Source: Trichodelitschia bisporula
Taxonomy: Eukaryota
Reading direction: 5' to 3'
Assembly (NCBI GenBank): GCA_010356995.1
Contig: ML996690.1
Location: forward strand, 1,272,217 to 1,336,216
Length of the DNA: 64,000 bases
Shown: positions 34,136 through 48,607 of the stretch, piece by piece
How positions within the stretch are numbered: the stretch's first letter is position 1
Layout: every line of letters starts with the position of its first letter
Notes under the pieces: generated by a model
What the model was told of the DNA's origin: nothing
Databases searched by the model: none
The model's input: only the letters and a program-made list of their open reading frames with translations
Translations under genes and position numbers: made by a program

Positions 34136-37100
34136 ATGGCGTCGAGTCGCCGTCGGGAGCCAAAGGATCCGCGTCGTCGATCTCGTCACGACTACCCGCG
34201 GGAAAGTGTTGCGGATAGATCCCACGTTAGAGCAGAACTTTCCCACCGTGACCCGCACGGTGAGGTCTACCGGCCCATCGAAGACGACCGCTACAGTCGG
34301 CGCGACGACTCGAGGGATCCTCGCAACTACCGTCATTCCACACATCTTCGTCGTGAAGAGTCTCCCCGCACTAGGAACTGGTCGCGGGAGCGGTACGAAC
34401 GGTCCTATCGGGGCGATTATCGCTCGCGTTCCCCAGTTCGACGGTGCGTTACATCCATCTAACACGCGACGTCTGCTGACAATTTCCTCCAGGGACGATC
34501 GTCCATTACCTCGACCGGAGTCTCCAGATTCTCGATACCGTCGTCTGCGTGTGCGTTCTCCATCCCCCGACCGGCGTCGGGCATACCGTTCTCGATCTCC
34601 TTCGCGGGATCGTCGCTCACTCGAGCGGCATCCACACGACCGTCGTTCTATCGAACGACCCTTACTCGACCGGCACTCCATCGAGCCGCCTCATTATACG
34701 GATCGTCGTCGCTCGGAAGTTGACCGGATACAGGGTCGCAGCGTGCACCTTCCGCCGCGGGATCGAGACCGACACCTGCCGCCAGATATTACACGTGGCC
34801 CGCACGGTGAATCAGGACGTACTTCCTTAACGTCCCGGAGCAGCCGTCAGCCAACACCGCGCGAACAATCTCCCATAAGGTCTGAGGCGTCGGAGATGTA
34901 TCCTGGACGTGGTGGGTACGGAGGCGGCCGTGGCCGTCCACCATACCAGCCCGGATACTCGCCATACGGCGGGCAATCGTACCAGACGGGGCAGCCTGGA
35001 TACCAAGGCTCGTCGTACCAAGGCTCACCACATGGTTCCTATCAAGGCTCGCCGATGCACAACCAACATCCTCATCATCCACTACAAGGATCACCGAATA
35101 CCTCTCAGCAGTCGCCGATGGGCCCGAGTTTCGGTCAGTCGCATCGGGGCGGGTACACTGACTTCGGTCGCGGTCGCGGCGGCCATTGGTCCTCCTTCCC
35201 TGATCAGCGCCAACCTCCAATCGGTCCTGGGAAGGCTCCGTTTGGGGCTCCGACCCAGCCCAGCAACTCTGGACATCCAGTCAGCCAGAGTCGGACCTCG
35301 CAGACGGGCGTTCGTGGCGCACAAACAGCCGCTCACACCGGCACCTCAACGCAGGCTGCCAATGGGGAACCACCCAGCGGCCCTGCAGCGGACCAGACTG
35401 GACGCATGGCGGCACCGCAGCCTGGTAAGAGCAGTAGCACAGCCGAAAAGGTTTCCTCCAGCACTGGTTCACAACCTGGCCAGATCCAGTTTTCCATCAA
35501 GAAGCCGACCAACCCCAGCGTGCTACCGAAAAAGAACGCGTTGGAACAAACAGCTAATGGCACTGCATCAGGCCCCGTCCATCCCCCAACTCAACCCGCC
35601 AGCCACTCTGCCTTTGGCCGTCAACAATCCGTCTTTCATGCCGCGCGCACTCCTGCCTCTGGTCCCCGGAACGCGCCCTCTCGTGGCTTCGGAGCTCCAC
35701 ATGCGCAGGAATCCCGCGCTGCACCGGACCGCCCTCGCTTTGACAGCCAGCGCGATCGCTATCAGCGCGATCTGACCGAGCGTGATCGTCACCAGCGCGA
35801 TCTACCCGAGCGTGAGTATCGTCGCGACTCTGAGCGGGACCATCGTCACCGCGAGCCTTCTGAGCGTGATCGCCATGAGCGTGACATGCGCAACGATCAC
35901 CACGACGCTCAAAATGATTGTAGTGGGGCTAAGCCGGACGAGTCTGCGAAACCTCCCTCGAAGAAGGCCCGCAAGGTGATGTTTAACGTTCCTGCAGAGG
36001 ACAAAGCTGGAGAGAACCATATCCAGGCTGTTATCCTTGCTATGCGTCACACCGCTCTGTCTAAGAAAGGCCGCACCCTGATGCAGTTCCAGAAGAAGGC
36101 TCTGACCGGGCGTATCATCGATGATGGTCAGGAAGATGGCGACCTTGCTGCCGAGTCCGCTCAGAACGCGGCCAAAGTGCAAGAGGAATTCTACCGCAAG
36201 CATCCCGCCAAGCGCCCTGTCGGAGAATTGCCGCTGCTCTTTGCCGGGGAAACGATGGATACTTTCGACGTTAAGGAGACCGATGTCGATAAAGCGTACA
36301 CTGGTCCAGACAAACCCATGGCGCGCAGACACCGGACGGCCATGACATACCATAAGGAGTCTGGCAACAGCTCTGTTATTGGGTATGGAACCTACGGCAA
36401 AGTGTTCAAGGCGGTTGATGTCTACACTGGCAAGGCGGTCGCCTTGAAGCGCCTCCGTCTGGATACCGAGCGGGACGGATTTCCCATAACAGCCGCCCGC
36501 GAGATGCAAATTCTGAAGTTCCTGGACACACTCAAATCAACGCAAGTCATCACGCTCATCGAAGTCTTGTACGAGGAGCGGACGGGCGTCCGACCCCCTG
36601 ATTGTGTTATGGTCTTCGAGTACATGCCTCACGACCTTACTGGCTTGATGAGCCACCCGTCGCACACGCTGACTTCAGCGGAGAAAAAGCATCTCTCTCT
36701 GCAGCTCATTTCGGCCTTGGACTTCATTCATGGCCACAACATCATGCATCGCGATGTGAAGGCCGCCAATATCCTTGTCAACGACAAAGGTTTGATCAAG
36801 CTGGCCGACTTTGGTCTCGCCCGCCGCTTTGAGCCCGACGGTCACCCCAATTTCACCAACCGCGTCGTTACCATTTGGTATCGTGCGCCGGAGCTGCTCT
36901 ATGGCTCCCCAAATTACACGGTCCAAATCGACTTCTGGGCAGCTGCCTGCGTTATGATTGAGATCTTCACCGGAGCCGCCATTTTCCCGGGCAACGGCAA
37001 AGAGCAAAATCAGATGATCAAACTGTGGGAGCTCCTTGGGTGGCCCACTGAGGAGACTTGGCCGGGTGTGTCTCAACTGCCTTGGTACTTCTTGGTGCGG

Positions 37101-37679
37101 CCCAAGGTCCCCTACAACTCGTGCTTTGCGGAGAAATACCGCAGCAAGGTCAGCCCAGAGCTGCTGAACCTATTCACCTGGATGTTTACATACGACCCGA
37201 AGCAGCGCCCAAATGCCGCTCAAATTATGAAGCACCCCTTCTTCACCACGGAACAGCCGCGTCCAGAGCAGCCGAACATTTCAGGGCTCGGTGATTGGCA
37301 TGAACTGGAGTCAAAGAACGCGCGCAAGGGCCGCGAGAAGAAGAAGGAAGAGCAGCGGAAGGAGCGCGAGGCTGAGGCCCGCAGAGAGCGACATGAATTG
37401 AGGAAGGCTGCTTCACTAAAGAACATGGCCAACGAAGGACTGACGAAGGACGCCGAGGCGAAGCCTGACAAGGCTGAGATCAATGTTGACACCGCTGCCA
37501 TGAGCATCGATCCAAGGCCCGAGCTGAAGTCCGGAATTCCCGGTGGTTCGCCCATCGACACAGACGTGGATCAGCCCTCGTGCGGCCAGGACGGCGTCGC
37601 GGATGAGCCTGACAAGCGTGGTGAAAAGCGGCCTGCTTCCCAGCATGCAGAGCCGGCAGCGAAGCGATCGCGCAACTAA
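34136..37679 (+). CDS. CTK1: RNA Pol II CTD kinase alpha subunit (Ctk1/Lsk1, CDK12-like), intron 34444-34492
   Basis: RS/RD-rich N-terminus. Kinase motifs GYGTYGKV, VALK, DGFPITAARE, HRDVKAANIL, DFGLAR and FTNRVVTIWYRAPELL, followed by GDWHELESK. Confidence 0.88.
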
Positions 37680-38460
37680 GGACCAGTGATTTGAATGTGG
37701 TGCATATCCGGAGTTTGCGACCGTGCATGGATTGAGGCGTTGACGGGGAAGATACACTGGGTCATGGGGGGCACGCGTGTAGCTAGGCGAATAATGCTGT
37801 TTTTGGTTGATGAAATTTCTAGAAGCTGTGTCGTCTCTGTCAATGTGTTTTATGAATTCGCTTTATGCGGTCTAGGACACTATTTGGAGGTTCCCTTTCG
37901 GGGAAGCAATAATAATTGCGTTCATCTCGACTGGTAAGAGTCGTGATGTGCTATGAGGTCCAGTGCCACCCCAAAAAGTCATGGCCGCGGTCGTCCACAA
38001 ATAGGCCCATGAAGGGCTGCAATAGCATTGTCGAGTGGTCCTCAGGTCGTTTTGGACAAAGACGCCACAGACGCGCACCAAGACCTCCGGTGCACAGATC
38101 ATGAGTGGCTTTGCTGTCCAGCGCAGGGGCCATTTAGAACTTCAGGCATCAATCGGTCGGTGCCTTGGCCTTCCATTGTACTTTCTCGAGCTTCTGATCA
38201 TCCATTTCTTCTTCTTTACAACCGCACACCCTCGACTTCCTCAAGATCTCCAGTAGTCAAGATCTCCGCTACCTTCAGTAAGTTATCAATCGTGTATTCT
38301 TAGATCCAAAAGCTTTCGTTTTCCAAGCGCGGTTCGCGACACGCGAATAGAATGCGTCTAGCGGGCCGCACATCTAGTTTGCGCCACACCTGAACCTTAT
38401 CTCCTGACAGCTCTCCAGGAAGCTACTCGTACACAACACCACACCACACTATCCGCGATC

Positions 38461-41400
38461 ATGGCCGTAGTGCCAATCGCCACTCTCAATCCGACGGCTC
38501 CGCTGCCTCGGAACACCACCATCCGCGCCGTGGTCAGCTTGCTCTGGCCCTACAGCCCCTCGACGCGCGCTGCCGCTCTGCTCCTCGTAGAACCGGACTT
38601 TCGTCTCCGCCACCAACGCGGTCAAGTGCGCGTACAGTTTACGGGTGCCAGCGCACAGGCAGTCGCCCGCAGCGGCGTGAACATTGGCGATGAGGTTTTT
38701 CTGAGCCTCGAGGGCGGCGTGTGGGTCGAACCGCAGAATGGGGTACAGACGCCAGGGAAGAGCGTTGAGGGCGACATTCGCTTCAAGTCGGAACTAGTCA
38801 TGAAGGTACGATGCACAGAGACGGAGTGGATGAAGCTGACTGTGTAGATTGTTCGTGAAGGCCGGGACTCCGGCATCGAGGTCGCCGCGGGCTCGCGCGA
38901 CAGCACACCTGAGCTCGAGGTCGAGCCGACGACGCCAGCTAAGCTAGCAACACCCGCTCCCCGGATCAGCTTCGGAACTCCTGCGACGGTTGCTTTCCAT
39001 AAGCGGGCGCGTATATCCGGCCATACGTTTGTCGACTCCCCATACGACCCTTTCGTGGACGATAACAGGAGCTCCAAGCGCATGCGCCTTTCTTGGGGTG
39101 GTTCAACCTGGCGTATGGAGGACCGTGTGCCTTCACCGCAGAAGGGCCGGAGAAACATACTTTTTGGTGTTGATCTCGACAGCACCGACGCTATGGACGT
39201 TGGCACCCCTACTCCTACTTCTCCCGCTCCTGAAAACGTATCCCCCCAACTCGTGCAGCAGATCACACCTCCACTCGAGGAAACGTCCGTGGAGCATCAG
39301 CACGATGCTGCGAAGCCTGATCTGATGGATATCATAGATCAATACGTCGAAGATGGGGAGGTGGAACACAACCTCACTGTCGGCCAAGCCGCTCCATCAA
39401 CACCCACCCCGGAGCACCTTGACATTGATGTGGGCTCAACACCCCAGCTTGACCAGCGTGATGTGCGCCACACTTCTCTTGCCCCTGCTGAGCCTGCATC
39501 CAGCTTCTTTGAACTGAGCCCTCAAGACATCGCCGCCGGTGAATGGGCGCTTAAGTACAGCGAAATGATCGGTGGTGACACTGAGGACGACGAGTACGAG
39601 GAGCCCCTTAAGCTTCGTCGCCGTCTGGCACCGGAGATAGTGTCCAGGGACTTTGCCTATGAGCAAAATGTGGAGCGCGCTTCGGATGTCCCAGAACATG
39701 TGGATAGAAGTGAACAGCGTGTGGTGGTCGCTACTAACCGGGACAGTACGACTTCCCTCGGCAAGAGATCCAGCGACTCATTCAAGGACGATACAGACAC
39801 GGCCTCGGATACTTCGGAGGTACGGAGTCCTCCAAAGAAGAAGCAGAGATCGGCTGAACCTGAGATGGTCAAGGAGCTTTCGACACCTGCTGCCATGACT
39901 ACGCCATCCACTGAAGTCGTTGGACCCCCGAGGGAAGATATCAGCACTGCTGCAGATTCGCTTATCTTGGCTACCGATTCCAGTGATTCTGAGGAGTCAA
40001 ATGAAGATACCAACAACATCGCAGTGCCTGCTGCACCCAGCCCCCCTCATGTCCCGGAACCCATAGTGCGGATGCAGCCTCCCTCGCTGCCTCAACTTCG
40101 AACCTCCACTACGCCCTTGAACACGAGTCTCAAGTCCTCTAGCTCCCCTCACTCCCCGGATACTCCCTCCCTGCAGCCGCTCCTGTCAGCAACACTCCCG
40201 CTGCCATCCCCCTTTCCCGGCAACAATCTGACCTCGTCGTACTTTCCGCGCACCACTGTCCGCGTGAGCTCAGGCTTCCTGGACTCGCTGCAGCCGCAGG
40301 GCTCGGGCATCATGTCAGATCTTGCTTTTCAGTTTGGTTTTGGATTCGACGAGGAGATAAATGTGGACGTTTCAGAGCCTTCCAAAGAGGAGGCTCCGAC
40401 GGGAAAGACTGCAGAAGACGACGTTACGGTTCCGGCAGCAGTGGCGCACGAAGCAACTTCGGCTGCGATGTCTGAGCACGCATCGCCTGCTGCTGAAGTT
40501 CCCGAGGTTACGCCTCATTCGAATATCCAGCCTGGCGAGTCTGACGTTGACCATCTTGACCGGGCTGAGACATCTCCAGCTCACTCCTCGGATATTGAAG
40601 AGTCGATCGAACAGATCACTGAAGAGTCCATCGAACAGATTACTGAAGAGTCAATCGAACAGGTTACCGAAGAGTCTGCCAAAAAGGTCACCAAAGAGTC
40701 CTTCGAGCAGACCACGGAAGAACCCCTCGAACAGACCACGGAAGAGCCTATCGAGCAGACCACTGAAGAGTCCTTCGAGCAGACCGCCGAAGAGTCTATC
40801 GAACAGATCACCGAGGAGTCCGTCGAACGGGTCACTGAAGAGTCCGTCGAACGGATAACGGAAGAGTCATTTGAACAGACCGCGGAAGAGTCCCTCGAAC
40901 AGATTACTGAAGTGTCGATTGAACAGATCACCGACGATTCCATCGAAGAGATCACTGAAGAATCCGTCGAACAGATTACTGAAGAGTCCTTGGAACAGAC
41001 CACTGGGGAGACCCTCGAACAGATCACGGAAGAGTCCTTGGAACAGACCACCGAAACTCCTGCGGTCCAGCAAGATGAAGCCCCCTTAGACGTTCATGAG
41101 GTCCAGTCGCCGCACGCTGTTTCCGTAGACACCGAAATGCTGGATGATACTCCCCTTACTGAAGCCAAGATCATGGACGAACCGTCTGCTGCGGCCACGG
41201 TACAGCCTGCCGCTCTGGCCTCGGATTTCGGTGTGCGTTATCCGTCACTTCCCCCAATGTCCAGCCCTGCCCGCGAGATAGTCACCAGGCAGACCGCTGA
41301 AAACACTAGCCATTTTCAGTATCCAGCGCTGCCACTCGTCAGCGATGACCACATCACGCCTGAGCCTCCGGCCGCTCCGCAAGGGTCCCAATCTCTTGTC

Positions 41401-44097
41401 ATCGACCTGCTCGATTCCGATGAAAAGGGGACTAGTGAGGCCACTGAGTCTGGCGAAGGATCCGAGTCCGGCGATGAAGAATTGGATGAGGAGTCCGAAG
41501 AGGAATCAGACGATGAATCCGGCACGGTGTCCTGGAACCGTCGGCATTTGATTCATGATGAAGCTGGGGAAGCTGGCTCCGAGGAAGATGACGAGGAAGA
41601 CCCTTCGGAGGATGAATCGGGCTATGAATCCGATTCGGTGGCCTGGAGGCGCCAGATTATGATTCGGAGGGGCATTGACAATGCTGGCTCCGAGGAGAGT
41701 GATGAGGATGCTGACTCTGAGGAAGATGATGCGGATGCTGACTCCGAAGGTTATGGAGGACACCATTCTGAGGAGGCTCTTGACGATGAAGTTATGTCCG
41801 ATATCCAGTCTAATGGATCACCTCAGGCATTTGCGACAGCGGCCCTCGATCCTGGCGACAACTCTGGCCGTCCGAACGAGAAATCACACAGTGGGCCATC
41901 ACCTGGAGAGGAAGAGAAGTCTGAGTCTGAGGATGAATTCCCTTCGATCGACGCTCTTCTCGCTGAAGGGAACTCATCCTGGAGCCTCGCTGAGCCTCAG
42001 ACGCACCAGACTGAGACTCAAAACTTGTTGGAAGCTGACGCTGGCGGCAACACTGACGATGTCTCCATGCCTACCGTCGAAGCCCCAGAGACTCCTCCTG
42101 ACAATGCGCCCATCAATCAAAGCCAGGAACCAGAAGCTCCCTCTCAGCGCAGCGAGCGCTTCGTATCGCCCGATTATCCGGAGTATGATTCTCTTCCGTC
42201 CTCAGAGTCCGACAGCCTTCCTGTTACTGAGGATACCCCTGTTCAGTCCCAGCCTCGGCGTTCCTATAATCTTCCGCCTGTCCCATTATTTCCGCGCCTT
42301 GGTGAGCACAGGCAAGATGAAAAACTTTCCGTATCAGCTTCGCAGTCTTCTGCGGTACTTTCCCAGACTTCCGTACCAGGTCCGCACAGCCCTGTTGGCA
42401 TTGATCCGAACGACGAAGGCTCTTCCGATGTTGAAGCTCCTCAGTCGTCTGCTGCTGCTACACTCCGGCCTGAGCTTGAAGTATTGATCAAGCCCGGACG
42501 GGTGAGGAACTCTCTTCAAGCTATGGTCGGAGAGGGTGCTCCAACCTCTTCTCAGTCGTATGCTCGTACGCGGCGCGTTGGCTCTGTTATACTGTCCCAG
42601 GATAATACATCCTCGTCCTTGCCTATGAAGTATCCTCCCACGCTGGAGATGGCGGATACCGACGAGGGCGTCCTGAGGGAAGACAGTTCAATATCCACAC
42701 TTTCGTCAGATCCCGTACCTGAGCATTTGGCTTCAGAAGGCTCTGATTCAGACGCACCATTACTCAGTGCACGGGGCAAGGCTAACAGAGTGTCTCATCA
42801 AGTTGCGGAGGACGATGATTTGCCTGACACGGGCCAAGGAGAGAGTGGCGAAGAAGAGAGCGACGAAGTTAAGACCGGCGAAGAAAAGACTGGCGATCTT
42901 CTCCGGTACCGGTATGGTAAGAAACGTGAAGCGCGCGAGGCTGTCTTCGACGAGATCAGCGAAGACATGAAGGAGAAAGTCCGGCTTCAGAACCTCCAGG
43001 ACTCTGAGCAGTCGTCGGCGCAACAGTCGATCGAGCCGGAGCTCACTAACTACTATGTACCCCCTCTTTTTAGCGGCGAGAGCCACTCCATCATGACCCC
43101 GGATCCGAGCCAGAACCCCTCGCTCCCGCTCCCATCTTTTCAGCCGGCGCAGCAGTATCAATCTGCTCCCCCTCTGACGCCGCAGATGACCCAGTCTCAG
43201 TTCGACTCCGTGGATGATTATATCAGCCAGATGCTCCAACCGGAAGATCCACCCGCGCTGCCGGACGTGCTCGATTCCTTCAACGGGTCACAGACGCTCC
43301 GGTCGGAACATCCGTCACCGCTGCCGCACGTGCCCTCTTCCCCTCCGCTGGAACCGTCGAAAGGGATTGACTCGGACGGATCGAAAAAACAAGCCGAAGA
43401 CTCGACCACAGCCTCTAGTCTTTTGCGCGATCTCAAGTCCCAGCTCCTGGCCTCCCAGCAATCCCAGCTGGAGTCCTCCCAGGTCGAAGCTCCGCCTTCG
43501 TCGCCCCCCTCGGAATCGACTAAGGCTGCGTTCACCCACTTTTCTCGGACAGTCTCGCAGGCCAGGGGTCTGGTGACGCCGATGGGATATTACACTCCCC
43601 TCCCTGCACTGGTGAATCATATCAATACAGCATCGCAGTTCGACGCGTCCGTGGATGTTCTCGCCGTCGTAACCTCTGTGTCGGATATCAACCGCGCGAA
43701 GAAGGGCCGCCGGCACCACTTCGTGACGGTGAAGGTCACCGACGAAGCAAGCTGGCCACATAGTGTTGGGGTGAAGGTCTATCGGCCATGGAAGGATGCC
43801 CTCCCAAAGGCCAGTGTCGGCGACGTGATCCTGCTCCGCGATTTTGCGGTGAAGAGCACGAAGGGTGGTGCGGGAGTCGCGATGGAGAGCACGAATGGTA
43901 GCTCCTGGTGCGTTTGGCGCCTTGAGCATCTCACAGATTCTCACCGCAATGGGGCGAAGGCGGGAAGTATGGAGGCGCTGCAACGGGTTGAGGAGGCTAC
44001 AGGCCCGCCGGTGGAGATTGGGCGTGAAGAGAGGAAGGCGGTTCGAGAGAGGCAGCTTTGGTGGATGAGATTGCCCGAGAAGGGAAAGGCGAAGTAG
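38461..44097 (+). CDS. Very large acidic protein with N- and C-terminal OB-fold-like domains (POT1/Cdc13-type telomere-binding-like C-terminus), intron 38806-38847
   Basis: N-terminal IRAVVSLLWPYS...LLVEPDFRLR...GQVRVQF...IGDEVFLSL. C-terminal VDVLAVVT...VKVTD...VKVYRPWKDALP...GDVILLRDFAV. The linker is about 1500 aa of low complexity. Confidence 0.75.
40597..41052 (+). repeat. Coding minisatellite, 19 x 24 bp (EESIEQIT-type octapeptide)
   Basis: GAAGAGTCNNTCGAACAGATCACN units are visible in the DNA and in the translation. Confidence 0.95.
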
Positions 44098-44397
44098 ACT
44101 GAGGTTGTGTGGGATTGCATTTGCTCTATGATGGACTTGGGCATGGCGTAATGGGCATATTGCGATGACAGGCATGTACAAGGCGTATGGGCATGTTACG
44201 GGCGGAATTAATGGATGTACCTCAGCATTCAACAGATAGCATTCGGTAGATGTCACTCGTAGATACCCAGCATCAAGTCAGACTTCTAGATTTTCTAATC
44301 AGGTGCCACAACACACCGCGGTGATAAGCGACACGAACATCAAACCACCGACCGTTCATAAAAACTTTTCATGAAGTTTGCTCATGCGTGTAATAGC

Positions 44398-45001
44398 CTA
44401 CTTCTCGTAGACCCACGCCTGCTGGGCCGACGTCCAGGTCTGTAGCTCCTCGGGCTTGAACCAGAGGGCAATCTCCTTCTTGGCGTTCTCGACACTGTCG
44501 CTGCCGTGGCACACATTGCGGCCGACGTCGATGGCGAAGTCGCCGCGGATGGTGCCCGGCGCGCTGGCCAGAGGGTTGGTAGCGCCCAGCAGGACGCGGC
44601 CGGTCTTCACGGCGTCGCGGCCTTCCCAGACCATGGCGGCGATGGGGCCGGAGGCCATGTCTGTGGTGGGTGAGTGCGGTGTACGAGATAGAGCGGGGAA
44701 AGAAAGGAGGGGAGAGAGAGAGGGGGGGCGGTTGCAAACGCTGGGCTACGTACACGAAACCAGACCCTTGAAGAAGGGCTTGTCCGACAGGTCGGCGTAG
44801 TGCTTCTCAAGGTGCTCAACCGGCGCAGTGATCAGCTTGATGGCGACGAGCTTGTAGCCGCGCTGCTCGAAACGCGTGATGATGGGGCCGATCAGGCCGC
44901 GCTGGACGCCGTCCGGCTTGATGGCGATGAAGCTGGGTGGGTTAGTGATGGTGAATTAAGAAGAGCAGTTTTTCGTGTACGAACGTCTGCTCGTTGGACA
45001 T
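44398..45001 (-). CDS. NDK1: Nucleoside diphosphate kinase, 3 exons
   Basis: [19 protein letters not shown]..., [33 protein letters not shown] (catalytic His). Confidence 0.97.
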
Positions 45002-45440
45002 TTTGAAGGTTGAGGTGAGTAGTTTAGTTTTGGGAGGAAAGGTGGAAGTGAGGAGTTGCAGTTTGCGTGGGTTGGGATGGATGGAGGGGTTAAAGTGAAT
45101 TTCCTCCATGGTGGGGTAGTTGGTGCCTGGCTAACCGTGGCATGGCAGCCTTGTCGCCTTGCGCGGGAACTAGCTGAGACAAGAGCATGCACGGGCCAAC
45201 GCGTCTCATGAAACACGTCCGAGCCATGCTGTCCTGTTCGCCCGACCATTCCACGGCGAACTTCAGCTTACAGAGTTCACGACTCTGCTTCACGATCTCC
45301 TTGACAGGTTGCCCGAGTCTTGGTTCTTTCAATTTGATATTTACTGTAAAATCCCTCCAATGCAGTAGTGGAATCATTGCGCCCCGGCTGCACACTGCAT
45401 CATCGTTCCCCCTTAGCGCTTGCGTCGAGAGTCCGTCGAG

Positions 45441-48388
45441 ATGCGGCGAGCTCGCTCTCCCCTCCTACTCCTGGTGCTGAGTCTCTTGCTGCCTGTGGCG
45501 TGTATGTCAATCTCCATACTCAATTCGCCGCTAATATCTCAGGGATGGTCAAGCATGAGAACTTCAAGACATGCGATCAATCCGGCTTCTGCAAGCGCAA
45601 CAGACAGTATGCCGACACGGCGGCCAGCACGTCCGGCTGGAAAGCCCCATATTCCCTCGACCCGGCTACCATCGTGGTAAAGAACGGCCAGCTCACCGGC
45701 ACGATCCTGAAGACCGTGGGGAGCGACACCGTTCGTCTACCCCTGACCATCTCCTTCCTCGAATCGGGCAGCGCGCGTGTGACTATCGATGAGGAGAAGC
45801 GTCTAAGTGGCGACATCGAACTGCGGCATGATAGCAAGGCGCGCAAGGAGCGCTATAACGAGGCGGGGCAGTATGCGCTCGTCGATGGTCTTGGATTGAA
45901 CACTAAGGCGACGCTGTGTTCGACGGCTGAGAAGGGGACCACGGTTGTCGGGTATGGCGTGGGCGAAAAGAACGATGCATTCGAGGCCGTGATTCACCAC
46001 GCGCCCTTTTCGGTTGAGTTCAAGCGTCATGGAACCACGCAAGTGCAGCTCAACAAGCACGGCCTGCTGAACGTCGAGCACTGGCGACCGAAGGTCGAAA
46101 AAGCTGTGCCGGAAGTCCCAGAGGGCGAGACCGCCCCACCACCGAAGCCGCAAGAGGAGGGCGAGGATGAGAGCACGTGGTGGGAGGAGACGTTCGGTGG
46201 GAATACGGACACGAAGCCGCGCGGGCCCGAGAGCATTGCGCTGGATATCTCGTTCCCTGGCTACTCGCACGTGTACGGCATTCCAGAGCATGCGAGCTCG
46301 ATGGACCTGAAGCAGACGCGCGGTGGCGACGGCAACTACAACGAGCCGTATCGCCTGTATAACGCCGACGTATTCGAGTATGAGCTGGACAGCCCGATGA
46401 CCCTGTACGGGTCCATTCCGTTCATGCAGGCGCATCGCAAGAACTCAACTGTCGGCGTGTTTTGGTTGAACGGCGCCGAGACGTGGGTTGATATCGTCAA
46501 GAAGACGACGGGATCGAACCCTTTGAGCCTTGGGACCAAGGCGGTTACGGATACGCAGACGCACTGGATCTCGGAGAGCGGCCAGCTGGATGTCTTCGTC
46601 TTCCTGGGCCCGCACCCCGAGGATGTCGTCCGGTCGTACGGCGAGCTGACTGGCTACACGGCCATGCCGCAGGAGTTCGCCATTGCGTACCACCAGTGCC
46701 GCTGGAACTACGTCTCTGACGCCGATGTCATCGATGTGGACCGTAAGATGGACAAGTACCAGATCCCGTACGACGTCATCTGGTTGGACATCGAGTACAC
46801 GGATGGGAAGAAATACTTTACGTGGGATCCGCTGACCTTCGTCAAGCCGGAGGAGATGACGGCGCATTTGGCCAAGCGGGACCGCAAGCTGGTGACCATC
46901 ATCGACCCACATATCAAGAACACGGACAACTACCCCGTGGTCGACGAGCTGAAGAGCAAAGGTCTGGCGACCAAGAACAAGGACGGCGACATCTACGAGG
47001 GTTGGTGCTGGCCCGGCTCATCGCATTGGATCGATTGCTTCAACCCCGCCGCCATCACCTGGTGGAAGGGCCTATTCAAGTACGACAAGTTCAAGGGCAC
47101 GGCGCCGAACACCTTCATCTGGAACGACATGAACGAGCCCTCCGTCTTCAACGGGCCCGAAACCACAATGCCAAAAGACAACCTGCACTATGGCAACTGG
47201 GAGCACCGCGACGTGCACAACATCAACGGCATGACCTTCCAAAACGCTACCTACCAAGCCCTCCTCGCACGTAACAAAGCAGAAGAGAAAAATCCCCGCC
47301 GCCCCTTCGTCCTCACCCGCGCCTTCTTCCCTGGCTCCCAGCGCCTGGGCGCTATGTGGACCGGCGACAATCTGGCTGAGTGGTCGCATCTCGCGGCTGC
47401 GCTGCCTATGATTCTGAATCAGGGCATCAGTGGCTACCCCTTCGCCGGCGCCGACGTCGGCGGCTTCTTCGGCAATCCGAGTAAGGAGCTGCTGACCCGC
47501 TGGTACCAGGCCGGCGCCTTCTACCCCTTTTTCCGCGGGCATGCGCATATTGATACTCGTCGCCGCGAACCGTATCTCGCGGGCGAACCGTATACGGGGA
47601 TTATTACTGAGGCGCTGCGGCTACGCTATGCGCTGCTGCCCGCGTGGTACACCGCTTTCCACACGGCGGCTACGACGGGCGCGCCGATTGTCCGGCCAAA
47701 TTTTTATGTTCATCCTGATGACGAGGCGGGCTTTGCGCTCGATGATCAGTTGTACCTAGGTGATACGGGTCTGCTGGTCAAGCCGGTTGTGCACGAGGGC
47801 GCGGATAGCGTGGATATCTATCTCGCGGACGACACGTCATACTACGACTACGCGGACTACACTGTGTACCAGGGCAAAGGCAGTCACAAGGTGCCCGCGC
47901 CGCTGGAGAAGTTGCCGGTGCTTATGCGCGCGGGGCATATTTTCCCCCGTCGTGACAGGCCGCGCCGTAGCTCGGCGCTTATGCGCGGTGATCCGTATAC
48001 GCTGGTTGTGGTTCTGGGGAAGGGTGGGGCGGAGGGCGAGTTGTATGTTGATGATGGGGAGACGTTTGAGTTCCAGCTGGGGGCGTATATTCATCGTAAA
48101 TTTGTGTATGAGGCGGAGGGGGAGAGGTTGAGTAGTGCAGATGTAGGGACGAAGGGGAAGGGGACGGATAGGTATGTGAAGGGGATGGAGAAGGTGCGGG
48201 TGGAGCGGATTGTGCTTGTTGGTGTGCCGGCGGGGTGGAAGAGTGGAACGGTGAAGGTTACGGAGGGGGGGAAGAACTGGGAGGCTGAGGTTAGTGTTGT
48301 TAAGGGGGGGAAGGGGAGGGCGGATACTGCTGTTGTGCGGGATCCGGGGGTTGCGATTGGGAGGGATTGGGAGGTTGTGTTTGGTTAG
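45441..48388 (+). CDS. ROT2: ER glucosidase II alpha subunit (GH31), intron 45502-45542
   Basis: Signal peptide MRRARSPLLLLVLSLLLPVA, then VKHENFKTCDQSGFCKRNR, YDVIWLDIEY, the nucleophile motif WNDMNEPSVF, WTGDN and FFRGHAHIDTRRREP. Confidence 0.95.
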
Positions 48389-48607
48389 AATTAAACGGGA
48401 GGTGTCATGAGAAATGTACGAGATAGCATGGAGCATTTGCATTACTGCCCTGAGAAGGTGTCTACGGATATGCAACAACGCCTAATACCGCCCTGTCATG
48501 TCCCCGTCTACCCAGATCCGAGTAATCAGCCTAGCCCACCGTCCTTAACGCCCGCTATGCCATTTTGCCCCCGAACGCCCCATCGAAACCACAAACACAC
48601 ACCAGTT

